Shown: positions 36,741 to 48,900 of the stretch, piece after piece
How the letters are laid out: each line of letters begins with the position of its first letter
Position numbering within the stretch: the stretch's first letter is position 1
Source of the DNA: Hemiscyllium ocellatum
Lineage: Eukaryota
Assembly: GCF_020745735.1 (NCBI RefSeq)
Contig: NC_083414.1
Coordinates: 60,208,013 to 60,272,012 of the forward strand
DNA length: 64,000 bases
Direction of reading: 5' to 3'
Program-made: the position numbers and the translations under genes
Notes under the pieces: model-generated
Told to the model about the DNA's origin: nothing
Database searches by the model: none
Seen by the model: the letters and a program-made list of their open reading frames with translations, nothing else

Positions 36741-37535
36741 CTTGTGTTCTGAGAGGCCAATGCAGTTTGTGCTTTGTTTACAGTCTGTTTGTTTTCGATG
36801 TTGTTGGATGTTTGAAACCATCTGAAGGCTTCCCTGTTTGTGATGGTCCGACATTAACAATGATGAGGCACTGGGTTACATTGAGCATAGGGAAATTGTA
36901 GCACTGATTTAGGGAGAGTTTTGAAATCCAATGTGACTGAGGATAGGTATACAGTGTGGTGCTTAAATAGCAATTGGGGTTGGGATGTGCTGTTGTATAT
37001 AAAAGGCAGTGTCACGTCATGCCACCTGTGGGGCATGAGAAACTTCAGGTGTGTTGCTGTTGCGTCACCACAGAGATGGTGAAGGGCAATTCCACACTGC
37101 TAACACCTGAGTGGGTGGGATTCCAACATGGGATCAAGACCAGGGGTCTTGGGATTTCCTGGCAGTGGCGTGTTCTTCCACTCACGGGGAATGGGAGAAT
37201 CAGAGTAGTGTCAGATGAGGCAGTGCCATAGGGGTGTGGTACCTGGTAGATGACACAAATTTGGGTCGATGATGTGAGAAAACGGGCCAGACCTCGTGGA
37301 CAGAAACCTACTATGAAAGACAACATGAGCACCTCGCAAATTCAGCCCTAGCTTTCAATTCCAGATTGATCAATTTTGAATTCCATCAGCTTTGTGATGA
37401 GATTTTAACCTGTACACCCAAATTATTAGCATAGGACATCTGAATTATTAGCGCAGTAACATTACCACTAATCTATTACCCCCCTTCCCTCTGTCCTCAC
37501 TCACACCCCCTGGAACACTTCAGTTGATTCTGAAT

Positions 37536-37728
37536 AAAAACCGAAAAATTGCAGACGCTGTAAATCAAAAACAAGAGCAAAAGTTGCTGGAAAAGCTCAG
37601 CAGGTCTGGCAGCAGCTATGAAGAGGAATCAGAGTTAACATTTTGGGTCTTCGGCAAACCATTCTGAAGAAGAGTCACCGGACTCGCAAAGTTGACTCTG
37701 AATTTTCTTCACAGATGCTGCCAGACTT
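37536..37728. mobile_element. Foldback Penelope family B mini-element with hammerhead (~37661-37697, +)
   Basis: Inverted arms (gtctggcagc...cagagttaac / gttgactctg...gctgccagac); attCTGAAGAAGAGTCACCGGACTCGCAAAGTT; perfect 13-bp TSD GTTGATTCTGAAT at 37523-37535 and 37729-37741. Confidence 0.85.
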
Positions 37729-39274
37729 GTTGATTCTGAATCAGCATTCCCAAGTGCTAAAAAAAAACTGGTAAATTTGACTTGGTGTCTTTGGTTTAAA
37801 CAGGGAGGGTTCTCTAACGTTCTTTCAGCTTCAGAATTGGAATGGTATTTTTCTTCAAACTCAAGATCAATAGATCCGCTACAGTAATTAAATACAAATC
37901 TCCTTTTGTAGGTGCATCATTCAATTTTAACCAAATCAATGATTTATTTAAAAGAAACTAACATGCACAAAATGCTTTAATCAGTTTTTATCTCGCACAA
38001 AATGCTTCTGGAATTACAATGGGACAATTCCCAATTGCCATTACCAGAAAGGTCTGCACTGGGCTGAATCTTATATTGCTTGGGCTAAATATGAGTTGTA
38101 ATAATTTTTTTCGAGAGTTTCTCACTGTGAGGCCTATGCAGGTTTCTCACTGCATATTACCAAATGTGCTTCATTAACCACTTTTCCATCTGCAATGGTG
38201 TCTGCATTTCTGATTCTATCTCCACCTGAGCACGTGATGTTCAACTTGCCACTCACTGGATATTTGCCAAAGGATTGGCATTCCTGGCACCTGTGTCATC
38301 TTAAACAGGTCACTGAATTTAGCACCAGCACACCAAAGGCTACCCTGCTTGGTCAAAGATGGAGGCTGAGCATGTTGCAGAAGGGGAAGGTGGTGTCATT
38401 ATTCTCGAACAGAAAACTTGGGGTTCCTGGTCAACGGGTGGTGCAGAGAAGAGGGGTCCTCTTCCTGGAGGACTGATGTCATCAGACTCTGGCAGCCTGG
38501 ACAGAGGGTGCCAGCCAATCAGTACCACAAGAAAGTCACCTACTTTCTCTGTTCCACCAAGATGAATGCTAGACTCTTCTGTCTACCACCTACCCAACTG
38601 ACCTTTGCTGTTACACTCACCTCCCACCAAGGGCTCTTCTAGTCTCACTATTGCCTGCATAACTTATGCCCAACCTCTCTCACCCACACCTATTTTGCCC
38701 CACACTCAACTTCCCACACTACCAACTCTGCCTCACACCTCACCCAGTTTTCGATCAGCAATAACATCCACTTTCACCTCACTTTGCCTCATTTGCCACA
38801 ATTCCTCACTTTGCCTCATTTCAGAAGAAGACAACCTGCAACAAGGTGAAAAAAGTGTAAATGGTGGAGGGGTGCACAACACTCGATTCCTTAGCCCCTA
38901 CGATGAGAGAATCCTGGCCTTTACAGGAGAAGACAAGAACCATTGCTGTGGGGATGTTGGGACATCCATATCTTGCTGAGTAAGTACCACTCTTCACCCC
39001 ACTGCAATGCTCTCCGTAATGCTGCTGTGAGTCTTACTCATTGCACACCACTCCTCAGTACTAGCCATGAAGCCTTCCCTCTCTTGCATTTTACAGTTAC
39101 CAGCAGGAGCTGCAGCTGAGAAATGTCCAGATCCATGTGAAACCCCCAAATCAACCTTTGAGGATGGTAGTATCAAAGGAAACACTGCAAGCCTGCCCAT
39201 TGCAATCACCACTCCCCAATAAAATATATTGACCTCAAGCCTTAATAGGTTTGGGAGCATAATCTGATGGGCAA

Positions 39275-39474
39275 AAGTGGGGAATGCAGATGCTGGAGAT
39301 CAGAGTTGAGAGTAGGGTGCTGGAAAAACACAGCACATCCGAGGAACAGGAAAATCGACGTTTTGGGCATAAGCTCTTCACCAGGAAATGAAGGGCTTAT
39401 GCCCGAAATGTTGATTCCCCTGCTTCTCAGATGCTGCCTGACCTGCTGTGTTTTTCCAATACCCCACACTCGAC
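39275..39474. mobile_element. Foldback Penelope family A mini-element (two partial hammerheads)
   Basis: gggcataagctcttcaccagg-aa-atgaagggcttatgcccgaaatg at the centre. 17-bp TSD CAT(A/G)ATCTG(A/G)TGGGCAA at 39258-39274 and 39475-39491. Confidence 0.88.
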
Positions 39475-40202
39475 CATGATCTGGTGGGCAATTCACTGTA
39501 ACAGCTCTGTAGCTGGCTGAAGAGGAAATGCCCCAGGTAGCTGGCAGACTGCCATAGACCAAGTACATGCCCAGCACCAGGCAGGAGAGTGATGTCAGCA
39601 ATAAGAGCCTACATCCATGCATACAGGGAAATACAGGAGCAGCAGGACTGTGGGATGCAATGGCTTGCATTGCCCAGAGGCTGCAGCAGTGCAGCGAGTC
39701 ATGCTTTCACCTAGTTTATTCCACGGACATGTTTGTGATGGCCATTGAATGTCAGATCCAGCAATCTCAGGGTCTGCTGGGCCCAGTCTGAACTCCAGAC
39801 CCCTTCCAGCCACACTGGGGCATGGCAATAGGGGATCAGAGAGCCTGGCTATCGCTCCATGTGCCTCTTTCCCACAAGAACACAGGGCAATGGGCAACTC
39901 CTCAGAATTCTCCTCTCAGGACGTTCCACCTCCATCCTGTCTGGCCCTCTCCAACCCTTCAAAGTTGTAGCTGATGAGGTTTCACTTACATCTGCAGCAT
40001 GATCCTCAGCAGGTCTGAGATGCCCAGACACAAGTGACTCGAGGGTATCTTGGCCAACCCTCAGAGCCAAGAGACTCCTCTACTGAGCAAGTTCCCTGCA
40101 ACCCAGCTGCATGGGCATCTCTTAGATGGAGGGGAAGAGAGAAAAAACAGAAGACTTATTGATTGCAATTTGGGGGCACAGGTGACAATCCACTGCACAT
40201 TA

Positions 40203-40480
40203 AATTAGATTCCCTATAGTGTAGAAACAGGCCCTTCGGCCCAACCAGTCCTCACTGACCCTCTGAAGAGCAACCCACTAGACCCATTTCCCCTGACTAA
40301 TGCACCTAAATTGGGCAATTTAACATGGCTAATTCACCTAACCTGCACATCTTTGGACTGTGGGAGGAAATCCACGCAGGCATGGGGAGAATGTGCAAAC
40401 TCCACACAGACAGTCGCTTGAGGCTGGAATTGAACCCAGGTCCCTGGCGCTGTGAGGCAGCAGTGCTAACCACTAAGTCA
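40203..40480 (-). mobile_element. HE1-type SINE
   Basis: Reverse-complement HE1 head and tail. Confidence 0.9.
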
Positions 40481-42334
40481 CCTGAGCCATTATTTGTCAT
40501 ATTTGTATAAATTTGATCTTACACCTTTCTGTAGTCCTAAATGTTCTGTGCCAGCAAGATGGCTAACCTCATGGTGTGTACTATTGATCAATGGACACTC
40601 TTGTCCTTTGTCCTATAACACCTGGATTCTTTTCTTGGCATCTGTGTCCAAAAGTGCTGATATGAATGAAAATGTCTGCGATGTCTGGGGCAGACAGCTG
40701 AATCACCAACAAGGAACTGACAGATAGGCTAGCCAGCGATTCTGGATCCCACCGGTCTTTATCCTGTACAGTGCATGGCTCTATGTGCAATAATTGACCA
40801 ATTATTCCGTGGAGTGAATCATGGAATTGAGCAGGCAGGTTGAAGTTTGTATCGCCTGTATCATTTCCATCAGGACAAAGATTGTTCATCATGGTCTCTG
40901 TACACCCTAACTGCTAAATGGAACTTGGTTCTTGTCGAGTCAATCAATATATAGAACACATTGATTCTATGTAGTCACATTTGCTAATTCCCACCCTTAT
41001 TGCAGTTGTAATAAGGAACATTAGATTTGCATTGACTAATTAGGATTAATTTTATTGCAAACTGAGAATATTAATCCCAGGAAGAAGATGCTGCCAAATG
41101 GAGGGAAATGTATTCTTTAAGTACTAAAGGTTATCTCTTAATTCATGAATCATGTCCACAAAGCCATCCCATAATGCATAGTGTGTCTCAGAAGCATTTC
41201 TTCATGTTCATGGCCATTATAACAAAGATGCAGGATGAACACTGAGAAAGGGAAGTTAACCATTTTGATAAATCACTACAAAGCTTCCAGGTATCGTCCA
41301 AAGATAAATCTCTTCTATTTGGAAAGCTGATCACAACAACCAACCTGAATGAGATAAACTTCTGTGATGTTAATGATAGCGATCTGATAATCAGTCATTT
41401 TTCAGAGATTGATTAACTCTGTGGGTTAGTTTATTTATAATAATAAAACGTATTATAAGTTATGAAGTAGATATGACAGAAATCCAACTGATTTCAGTGT
41501 GTGCACAGTGCAAACCCACAGCTAACTAAATGGCAGCCAAGAGTCACAACATTGTAAACACACAGCCCATCAAGTCCTAAAATATGAACTCTCTTAAAGG
41601 AAAGATATCTGCACAATATGAACCACCTCTTAATGTTGTTGACTTGTTTGACGGAGTTGGTCTTCTGTTCAATCTCAAAGCAATGTAAGTATATTGCTAT
41701 TGTCCAGGTAGATCTAAGGTTAATGTAAATTGAAGAGTGGCTCTGAAACCACACTAGGGGAAGCATTTTCTTACTATGTAAAATTAGATAATATGCATTT
41801 TATTAAACTGTGATGATAACCAAGGGAAGTTTAATTAAATGTGACATTTTAGTTGCACATAGAGGGAAATGTACCCTCAAGTTACTGCAGAACAATTGAG
41901 CTAAAACAGATGCTGCTTTTGAGATCAACACACTAATCATGTCCATGCATTCAAGTATATTTAATATATTAATGCATTAGATCCCATAACTTATTTTAAT
42001 TTCTCATGTGGATATGCACGAAGGAAGACTAAATCTTCATCACGCAGACTACAGCTTTCCAGCAGTATGAACAATGATAGCCTGTACAATTTCTCAAAAC
42101 ATGTATTTATACCCACATGATCACCTGTATTGATCAAGCAGTCACGTATTGATAGGACGGTCTTTGTTCATTACCAATATTCTTTGTGAATTCCAATGTA
42201 TCTTGCCCCTTCAGGTTTGATGGACAGGTCAAATCCAGGATCTGTTGAACTTTAATATTAATTTCGAAAGGCAAAAATAGATACCTGCTTATGATGAAGG
42301 TGCATGCACTGGACAAGACATATGATGCCTCAAG

Positions 42335-43420
42335 GCAGAACTAGCTATTTGGATACAGAACTGGCTCAAAGGTAGAAGACAGAGGGTAGTGGTGGAAGGT
42401 TGTTTTTCATACTGGTGATCTGTGACCAGTGGAGTGCCACAAGGATCGGTGCTGGTTCCACTACTTTTCATCATTAATATAAATGATTTGGATGTGAGCA
42501 TAAGAGATATAGTTAGTAAGTTTGCAGATGACACCAAAATTGGAGGTGCAGTCGACAGCGAAGAAGGTTACCTCAGATAACAACGGGCTCTTGCTCAGAT
42601 GGGCCAATGGTCTGAGAAGTGGCAGATAGAGTTTAATTTGGATAAGTGTCAGGTGCTGCATTTCAGGAAAGCAAATCTTAGCAGGACTTATACATTTAAT
42701 GGTAAGGTCCTAGGGAGTGTTGCTGAACAAACAGACCTTGCTGTGCAGGTTCATATCTCCTTTAAAATGGAGTCACAGGTAGATAGGATAGTGAAGAAGG
42801 CGTTTGGTACGCTTCCTTTAAAGGTCAGAGTATTGAGTACAGGGGTTGGAAATCATGTTGCGGCTATACAGGACATTGGTTAGGCTACTGTTGAAATATT
42901 GCATGCAGTTTTGGTCTCCTTTCTCTGGGAGGATGTTTTGAAACTTGAAAAGGTTCAGAAGAGATTTACAAGGATGTTGCCAGGCTTGGAGGATTTGAGC
43001 TACAGGGAGAGGCTGAACAGGCTGGGGCTGTTTTCCCTGGAGCATCGGAGGCTGAGGGGTGACCTTATAGAGGTTTACAAAATCATGAGGGGCATGGATA
43101 GGATAAATAGACAGTGTTTTCCCTGGGGTCAGGGAATCAAAACAAGAGGGCATAGGGTGAGAGGGTAAAGATATAAAAGAGATCTAAGGGGCAACCTTTT
43201 CACGTGTATGGAATGAGCTGCCAAAGGAAGTGATGAGGTCTAGTACAATTGCAATATTTAAAAGGCATTTGGATGGGTATATGAATAGGAAGGGTTTGGA
43301 AGGATATGGACCTGGTACTGGCAGGTAGGACTAGATTGGGTTGGGATGTCTGGTCGGCATGGACAGGTTGGACTGAAGGGTCAGTTTCCAAGCTGTACAT
43401 TTGTCTGACTGTATGATTCT
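42335..43420 (+). mobile_element. CR1/HER1 RT to 3' end
   Basis: [51 protein letters not shown]. Confidence 0.93.
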
Positions 43421-44110
43421 CTTTGAAATTGACGACTTCACTAGAAAGAAAATGTAAATATACATAGGATGTAGATAATCAAACAAAACTGTCAGCTACA
43501 TAATGTCCTGTCTCTTTCAGCCATCCAGCTGAAGATTCAGGTTCTCAAGCCACATAAAAATGTTTTGAAATAGAGGTTAAATTGACATAATGCTTTTTCC
43601 TATTAAACTTTGATTTTGCATGCTCTAAGTACCTTATTATAACAATCCACAAAACTTTGGGTGGAGCCTGTATGTCAAAATTGTCAGTAGTATGTATCGC
43701 AATCTAGACAAGTGAGTCCAGCAATTAGAAATGTTGGGGCACATAATCCTGTTGCATTGTTAATTTGCTTCTTATTATCGTATTTACTTTTTATTTATTA
43801 CAGTAATGCTGCATGTAGTTTGCAAAACCATTGAATACGAGACATTAAGCACATATTTTCTGGGAACAATTATGCAGTGGTTATGAGTCTTGCTTTGCTT
43901 CAATCTCCCATTGCACTGGATTTTTATATTCACAGCAGCCTCCTTGTATTTCATGTGAGTACCAGGTTTATGCCTCATCTCCAGTTGTTAAATACCAGCT
44001 GTGGATGCTGCCACATCTGCCAGCGTATTTGATACATTGGCAGAATCAGAATCTAATTCATCGCAGTTCAAGAGAAATCCTTTTCCAGGATATATCTGGG
44101 TAACTGTACA

Positions 44111-44455
44111 TTAGAATTAGAATTAGAATTCCTACTGTGTGGAAACAGGCCCTTCGGACCAACAACTCCACACTGACCCTCCGAAGAGTAACCCATCCAG
44201 GCCTATTCCCTTATCCTATATTTGTCTAATGCACCTAACCTACACATTTCTGAATACTATGGGCAATTTATCATGATTAATTCACCTAACCTGCATATCT
44301 TTCGATTGTGGGAGGAAACAGGAGCACCTGCAGGAAACCCACACAGACACGGGGAGAATGTTCAAACTCCACACAGACAGTCACCAGATATTGGGATTGA
44401 ACCCGGGTCCCTGGCATTGTGAGGCAGCAGTGCTAACCACTGAGCCACAGTGCCA
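44111..44455 (-). mobile_element. HE1-type SINE
   Basis: (ttagaa)n tail; reverse-complement V-domain and tRNA head. Confidence 0.92.
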
Positions 44456-44799
44456 ACCACTACTTTCCACAATGACCATACACCACTCAAGCAGGGCCAG
44501 TAGCATTGACCATGACAGTGTCAGAGATAAGTTTGGGTTCCTGATGGCTTCTGACAAGTTGGTCCTAGTGCCAACTCACAGTTGCTATAGTGAAGGCGAC
44601 TTTGGTTTCCTGGCGACATCTGCATCCAGCACAGACTTTTGGAGGTAGTGGTGAGTTTGGACCCAGTCAGCAAACTGGCGGCATCATCAGAGGCTACATG
44701 GTGGACCCAAGGCAGACTCACTGCGACAATGGAGACGAGTTTGGGCCGATGCAGTATCTGCTGGAATTGGTGACATTTGCATTGGAGAGATCATAGAGT

Positions 44800-45622
44800 C
44801 AGAGTACAATGGAATCTTGATTAGACGGGCCAATGGGCCAAGGAGTGGCAGATGGAGTTTAATTTAGATAAATGTGAGGTGCTGCAATTTGGAAAAGCAA
44901 ATCAGAACAGGTTTTATACACTTAATGGTAAGATCCTGAGGAGTATTGCTGAAGAAAGAGACCTTGGACTGCAGGTTTATAGTACCTTGAAAGTAGAGAA
45001 GCAGGATAGTGAAGAAAGCGTTTGGTGTGCTTTCATTTATTGGTCAGAGCATCGATTATAGGTGTTGGAAGGTCATGGCGCTGCTATACAGGACATTGTT
45101 AGGCCACTTTTGGAACATTGCATGCAGCTGTGGGAAGGATGTTGTGAAACTTGAAAGAGTTCAGCAAAGATTTGCAAGGATGTTGCCAGGGTTAGAGGAT
45201 TTGAGCCATAGGGAGGGGCTGAACAGGCTGGGGCTGTTTTCTCTGAAGCTGACAGGCGACCTTATAGAGGTTTATAAAATCCTGAGGGTCATGGATAGGG
45301 TAAATAAACAAGGTCCTTTCTCTGGCGTGGGGGAATCCAGAACTAGAGGGCATCGGTTTAGGGTGAGAAGGGAAAGATATAAAATGGACCTCGGAGCAAC
45401 GTTTTCATGCAGACAGGGTTACGTGTAGTGAATGAGCTGCTAGAGAAAGTGGTGGAGGCTAGTTCAATTACAACATTTAAAGGCATCTGGATGGGTATAT
45501 GAACAGGAAAGATTTAGAGGGATATGAGCCAAGTGCTGGCAAATTAGGATATCTGGTCAACATAGATGAGTTGGACCGAAGGGTCTGTTTCTGTGCTGTA
45601 CATCTCTCTGATTCTATGACTC
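44800..45622 (+). mobile_element. CR1/HER1 3' fragment
   Basis: MEFNLDKCEVLQFG, LERVQQRFARMLPG; tail ggaccgaagggtctgtttctgtgctg. Confidence 0.9.
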
Positions 45623-45769
45623 CATCAAAGACTCATAGTGGTGAGGGTATCAGTGGAGGTGAGATGGCAACTTTCCTTTCAGCAGCAATGACACGGTGAA
45701 GAGGACTTGTGCCTGGCCACCAGGCCCAAACAGAGTTTAGATGGAATGATTGTAAAGGTGAACACTTTA

Positions 45770-45960
45770 AGACCATAAGACCATATGACATAGAAGCAGA
45801 AATTAGTCTGTTCAGCCCACTGAGTCTGTTCCACCATTTGATCATGGCTGATAGGTTTCTCAACTCCATTTTCCCACTTTCTCCCCATAACCTTCAATCC
45901 CCTTTGCAATCAGGAACTTATCTATCTCTGGTTTAAATAGACTCGATGTCCTGGCCTTCA
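45770..45960 (-). mobile_element. CR1 3' tail, second subfamily (also ~54993-55250, 29398-29470, and 230-282 on +)
   Basis: gaccataagaccat..gacatagaagcagaaattag..tgttcagcccact..gtctg.tccaccatt.gatcatggctgat. Confidence 0.75.
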
Positions 45961-46279
45961 TTATTTCTTCATTTTTCTGCCTTTCTTTTATGTTTTGGTT
46001 TATTTTTCTGTCTTTTCTGATGCCACGATACAACACCTTTCATTGTAGTTTGTAACAAAATACACGTGACAAATAAATCAGATCAAATCTAATCATAAGC
46101 TTAATTGTCCAAGTTTCTTCTTAATCAACCATACATTTGCATTGGCCGTGTTGCCTGTGAGGTATTCTATCCAGACACTTTAAATGAGTTTGTTACTCAT
46201 AGATGTGTTTACCCTGTTGGTTTTACTGCATGGGACAAACAAACGGCTGTGGTTCAAGCTTAGCTCCACTAAAATGTGA

Positions 46280-46352
46280 CAACCACCTGATGAAGCTAGT
46301 GCTTCTAATAAAACCTGTTGGACTATAACCTGATGTTGTGTGATTTTTAACC
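46280..46352 (+). mobile_element. Family C Penelope-type tail with stem II of the hammerhead deleted
   Basis: aaccacCTGATGAAGCTAGTGcttc..aaacctgttggactataacctg.tgttgtgtgatttttaac; compare 15253-15340. Confidence 0.75.
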
Positions 46353-46604
46353 CAGAATGTTGACTTTGACTACTGACTCCTCTTACTGAGATATGAAATG
46401 GTTTGTTTTAATCAAAGTCCCTGATTCACTTTATTGGTCTGGTGAATTCAGTGAACTTAGAACTGCAGGAGAAATTTTGACTCTAGAAGGTTCCTTGTGT
46501 TCTCTTTAAGTGAGACTTCCTCTTTCAAGCAAATTATCCGCATGATACGAATGCAGTCTCCCTATTTTCTCTATTCAGTCCTCACTAGATGTGTAAATGC
46601 AGCA

Positions 46605-46700
46605 AGAGTCAAGATTAGAGTGGTGCTGGAAAAGCGCAGCACGTCAGACAGCATTCGAGGAGCAGGAAAATCAACGTTTTGGACAGGAGCCCTTCATCTG
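46605..46700 (-). mobile_element. Family A Penelope mini-element with decayed hammerhead
   Basis: gtggtgctggaaaagcgcagc...caacgttttggacaggagcccttcatctg. Confidence 0.75.
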
Positions 46701-46830
46701 AGCTTAGTTAAATGTAAGATGAGCAATTTGTTTCAGACTGGGCTTTACTCTCTAAAAGAACAAAAAAGAATCTAGCCTTTGCATAAAGAAATACGTAAAT
46801 TGCTGCCAGAACTCATCATGCTGAATTCTA

Positions 46831-46930
46831 AGTTCTGAAGAAGGGTCACTGGACATGAAATGTTATCACTGCTCTCTCTCCGCAGATGCTGACAGGGCTG
46901 CTGAGTTTCTCCAGCAATTTCTGTTCTTGC
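46831..46930 (+). mobile_element. Family B Penelope mini-element with hammerhead (46831-46868)
   Basis: agttCTGAAGAAGGGTCACTGGACATGAAATGTT...cagatgctg...ctgctgagtttctccagcaatttctg. Confidence 0.75.
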
Positions 46931-47235
46931 CTCTAAAGATACTCATTGCTTTCACATAGAAGTCCACACCTGCCTTTAGCTTCATGAGAACCAGGAAACC
47001 CAACTGGTTTTAGTCACACTTGGAAGATGCATGTCATTTGAGGCGTGCAGTCTCATTTTAACAGTTCATTAACCAACCTGTTACCTGAGAGTTGGCTAGA
47101 TCTCTCCACCAGCTATGCCAATGAAATAGAAAGTGAATGAATTAGAGGTTAAGCCATGATAAATACTTGTATATACTTGACAAAACAATATACTTTTGTT
47201 GAGGAAACATTTCCTCACTAATCATGGAATCATAG

Positions 47236-47483
47236 GGTGGTACAGTGTCTCACAGCACCAGGGACTTGGGTTTGATTCCACCATCGGATGACTGCGTGTG
47301 TGAGGTTTGCACATTCTCCCCGTCTGTGTGGGTTTCCTCTGGGTCCTCCGGTTTCCTCCCACAGTCCAAAGATGTGCAGGTTAGATGGATTGGCCATAGT
47401 TAGAGGGGTACAGTGGAATGCTCTTTAGAGAGTCAGTGTGGACTAAATTGGCTGAATAGCCTGCTTCCATACTGTAGGGATTA
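47236..47483 (+). mobile_element. HE1-type SINE (internally deleted)
   Basis: ctcacagcaccagggac...ggtttcctcccacagtccaaagatgtgcaggttag...cctgcttccatactgtagggatt. Confidence 0.85.
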
Positions 47484-47764
47484 TATACAGTGTAGAATGA
47501 GAGTGTTCAGCCTATCATACTTGTGCATAGCTTTTGATAAAGCTACTGATTGGTTCCACTTTCCTGCTTGTTCCGCAATGCTCTGCAAATGTTTCCTTTC
47601 TTTTCAAGTCTGGAAAATGACATATGTGTCTGGCTTATGTTTCACTACCTGAGTAGTGACAGAGAGGATGGGAAATTGGCTGTTCTTTCCTGCCTTGTTC
47701 AAAGGGCATTATGGAGTTTGAATGACTCTGGTTAGAGGGTCCCCTGTACAGGTTTGAAGTAAAA

Positions 47765-48060
47765 GATGAAGTCACCAGAGGGTTGCTCTGTCATTAGAGG
47801 TAGCAGGAAAGACAACTAATCTGGGCTGAAAATGTGTTGCTGGAAAAGCGCAGCAGGTCAGGCAGCATCCAAGGAACAGGAGATTCGACGTTTCGGGCAT
47901 AAGCCCTTCTTCAGGAATCTGGGGGTCACCATCCTTAAGGCAAGGGGAAATATTGAGAAGGAGATTCTATTGTGGTAATCTCAGCCAATGCGAGAATTGG
48001 ACCCATACCATTAATATGCCTTTACATAGAAAGCAAGCAGTCTAGTTAAATGAGCCAACG
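47765..48060 (-). mobile_element. SINE family B, interrupted by a hammerhead mini-element
   Basis: gggttgctctgtcattagag...gggtcaccat..ggcaaggggaaa.attgagaagg...gtaatctcagcc; homologous to 5146-5310 and 49598-49781. Confidence 0.65.
47882..47919 (-). ncRNA. Minimal type-I hammerhead ribozyme (family A), intact, in a 90-bp insertion (47826-47915)
   Basis: gauuc-CUGAAGA-A-GGGC(UUAU)GCCC-GAAA-CG-UC-gaauc: perfect 5-bp stem I. TSD AATCTGGG at 47818-47825 and 47916-47923. Confidence 0.9.
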
Positions 48061-48429
48061 GAATCCCATCATATCATAGTACTTGAGTGGACACTTCCAT
48101 GGAGTTAGACAACTGAGAGGTTGATGGCATGCTGGAATACCAAATCTGGTATTTGGAAACAGTGTATTTATTAATCATTCTTTGGCAGAGCAAACCATTA
48201 TAAATAAGGTGAACCCTATGCTGAAGCTGTTTAAACGACCTCTCCAAATGTTGCATATGCAGTGGTTTTGACTTACCTTCATCAAGGCATTATTTGCAGT
48301 GCCCTTGTGGTAAAGTGCAGGAGCCATTTGGAGGTATTTGCCACAATCAGTAAGGAAGATACACCAGTGCCTCACAGAGATTTTAGAGCAAATGTAAAAG
48401 CACCACTTGGTCTGTAATATAACCAGGAT

Positions 48430-48900
48430 ATGGAGAGGAGGAGGAGGGAGAGAGGGCACATGCTTCATGGATGAAGGAAAAGAGGGAACCCCCAGAGAAG
48501 ATGCTTTCTGGAAAATATCACTCCTACTTAGGCCGTCACCCTGTGGTCAATCTAACATTCTACGAGATAGGAGCAGGCAACATCAGTAATATATTGCAAA
48601 CTGACCTTCATAAATGTAACAGAAAGATTGGAGCAGCTCTGTTTGTGTGGACAGGTTCATGTCCCCCTCTCAAGGAATAAACAGCAGAATCAAAGGGTAG
48701 GAGGTTTTGTGACAACAGCTTGCTTCTTGATTGCGCAGGATGCTACCGGTAGACATCTGCGCCATTCCCATCTCTCAATCTATAAGACCCTGGAGATGGT
48801 TTCCCAGTGGCAGGTGTTCTAGGATAGCCCAGGAGGTTAAGAAGTTCCCTTTGCTTGCCTGGATACAAACACACAGCCACATGACTGTGCTGGAAAGGAG
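48430..48900 (+). pseudogene. Harbinger transposase fossil
   Basis: VVNLTFYEIGAGNISNILQTDLHKC..KIGAALF; KQQNQRVGGFVTTACFLIAQDA, matching the ALNFYA..GD..ISQ..VH.C and KQ..RA.GF..IAGFP.VQGAID motifs. Confidence 0.6.

Larger units (their letters stand above)
38061..40770 (+). mobile_element. PIF/Harbinger element remnant carrying the Myb/SANT-like ORF2 pseudogene
   Basis: TIR-like GGGCTGAATC at 38061 (compare aaattcagccc ending 37348). KGKVVSLFSNRKL/LVNG.VQRRGVLFLED..HQTLAAWTE..QYHKKVTYFLCSTK; second exon KK..NGGGVHNTRFLSPYDERILAFTG flanked by tttcag and gtaagt. Right end uncertain. Confidence 0.7.

Noticed and set aside
41600-41684. Possible host exon (ctcttaaag...caat/gtaagt), two frames open
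   Set aside because: No recognisable protein and no partner exons; such site pairs arise by chance. Needs RNA-seq.
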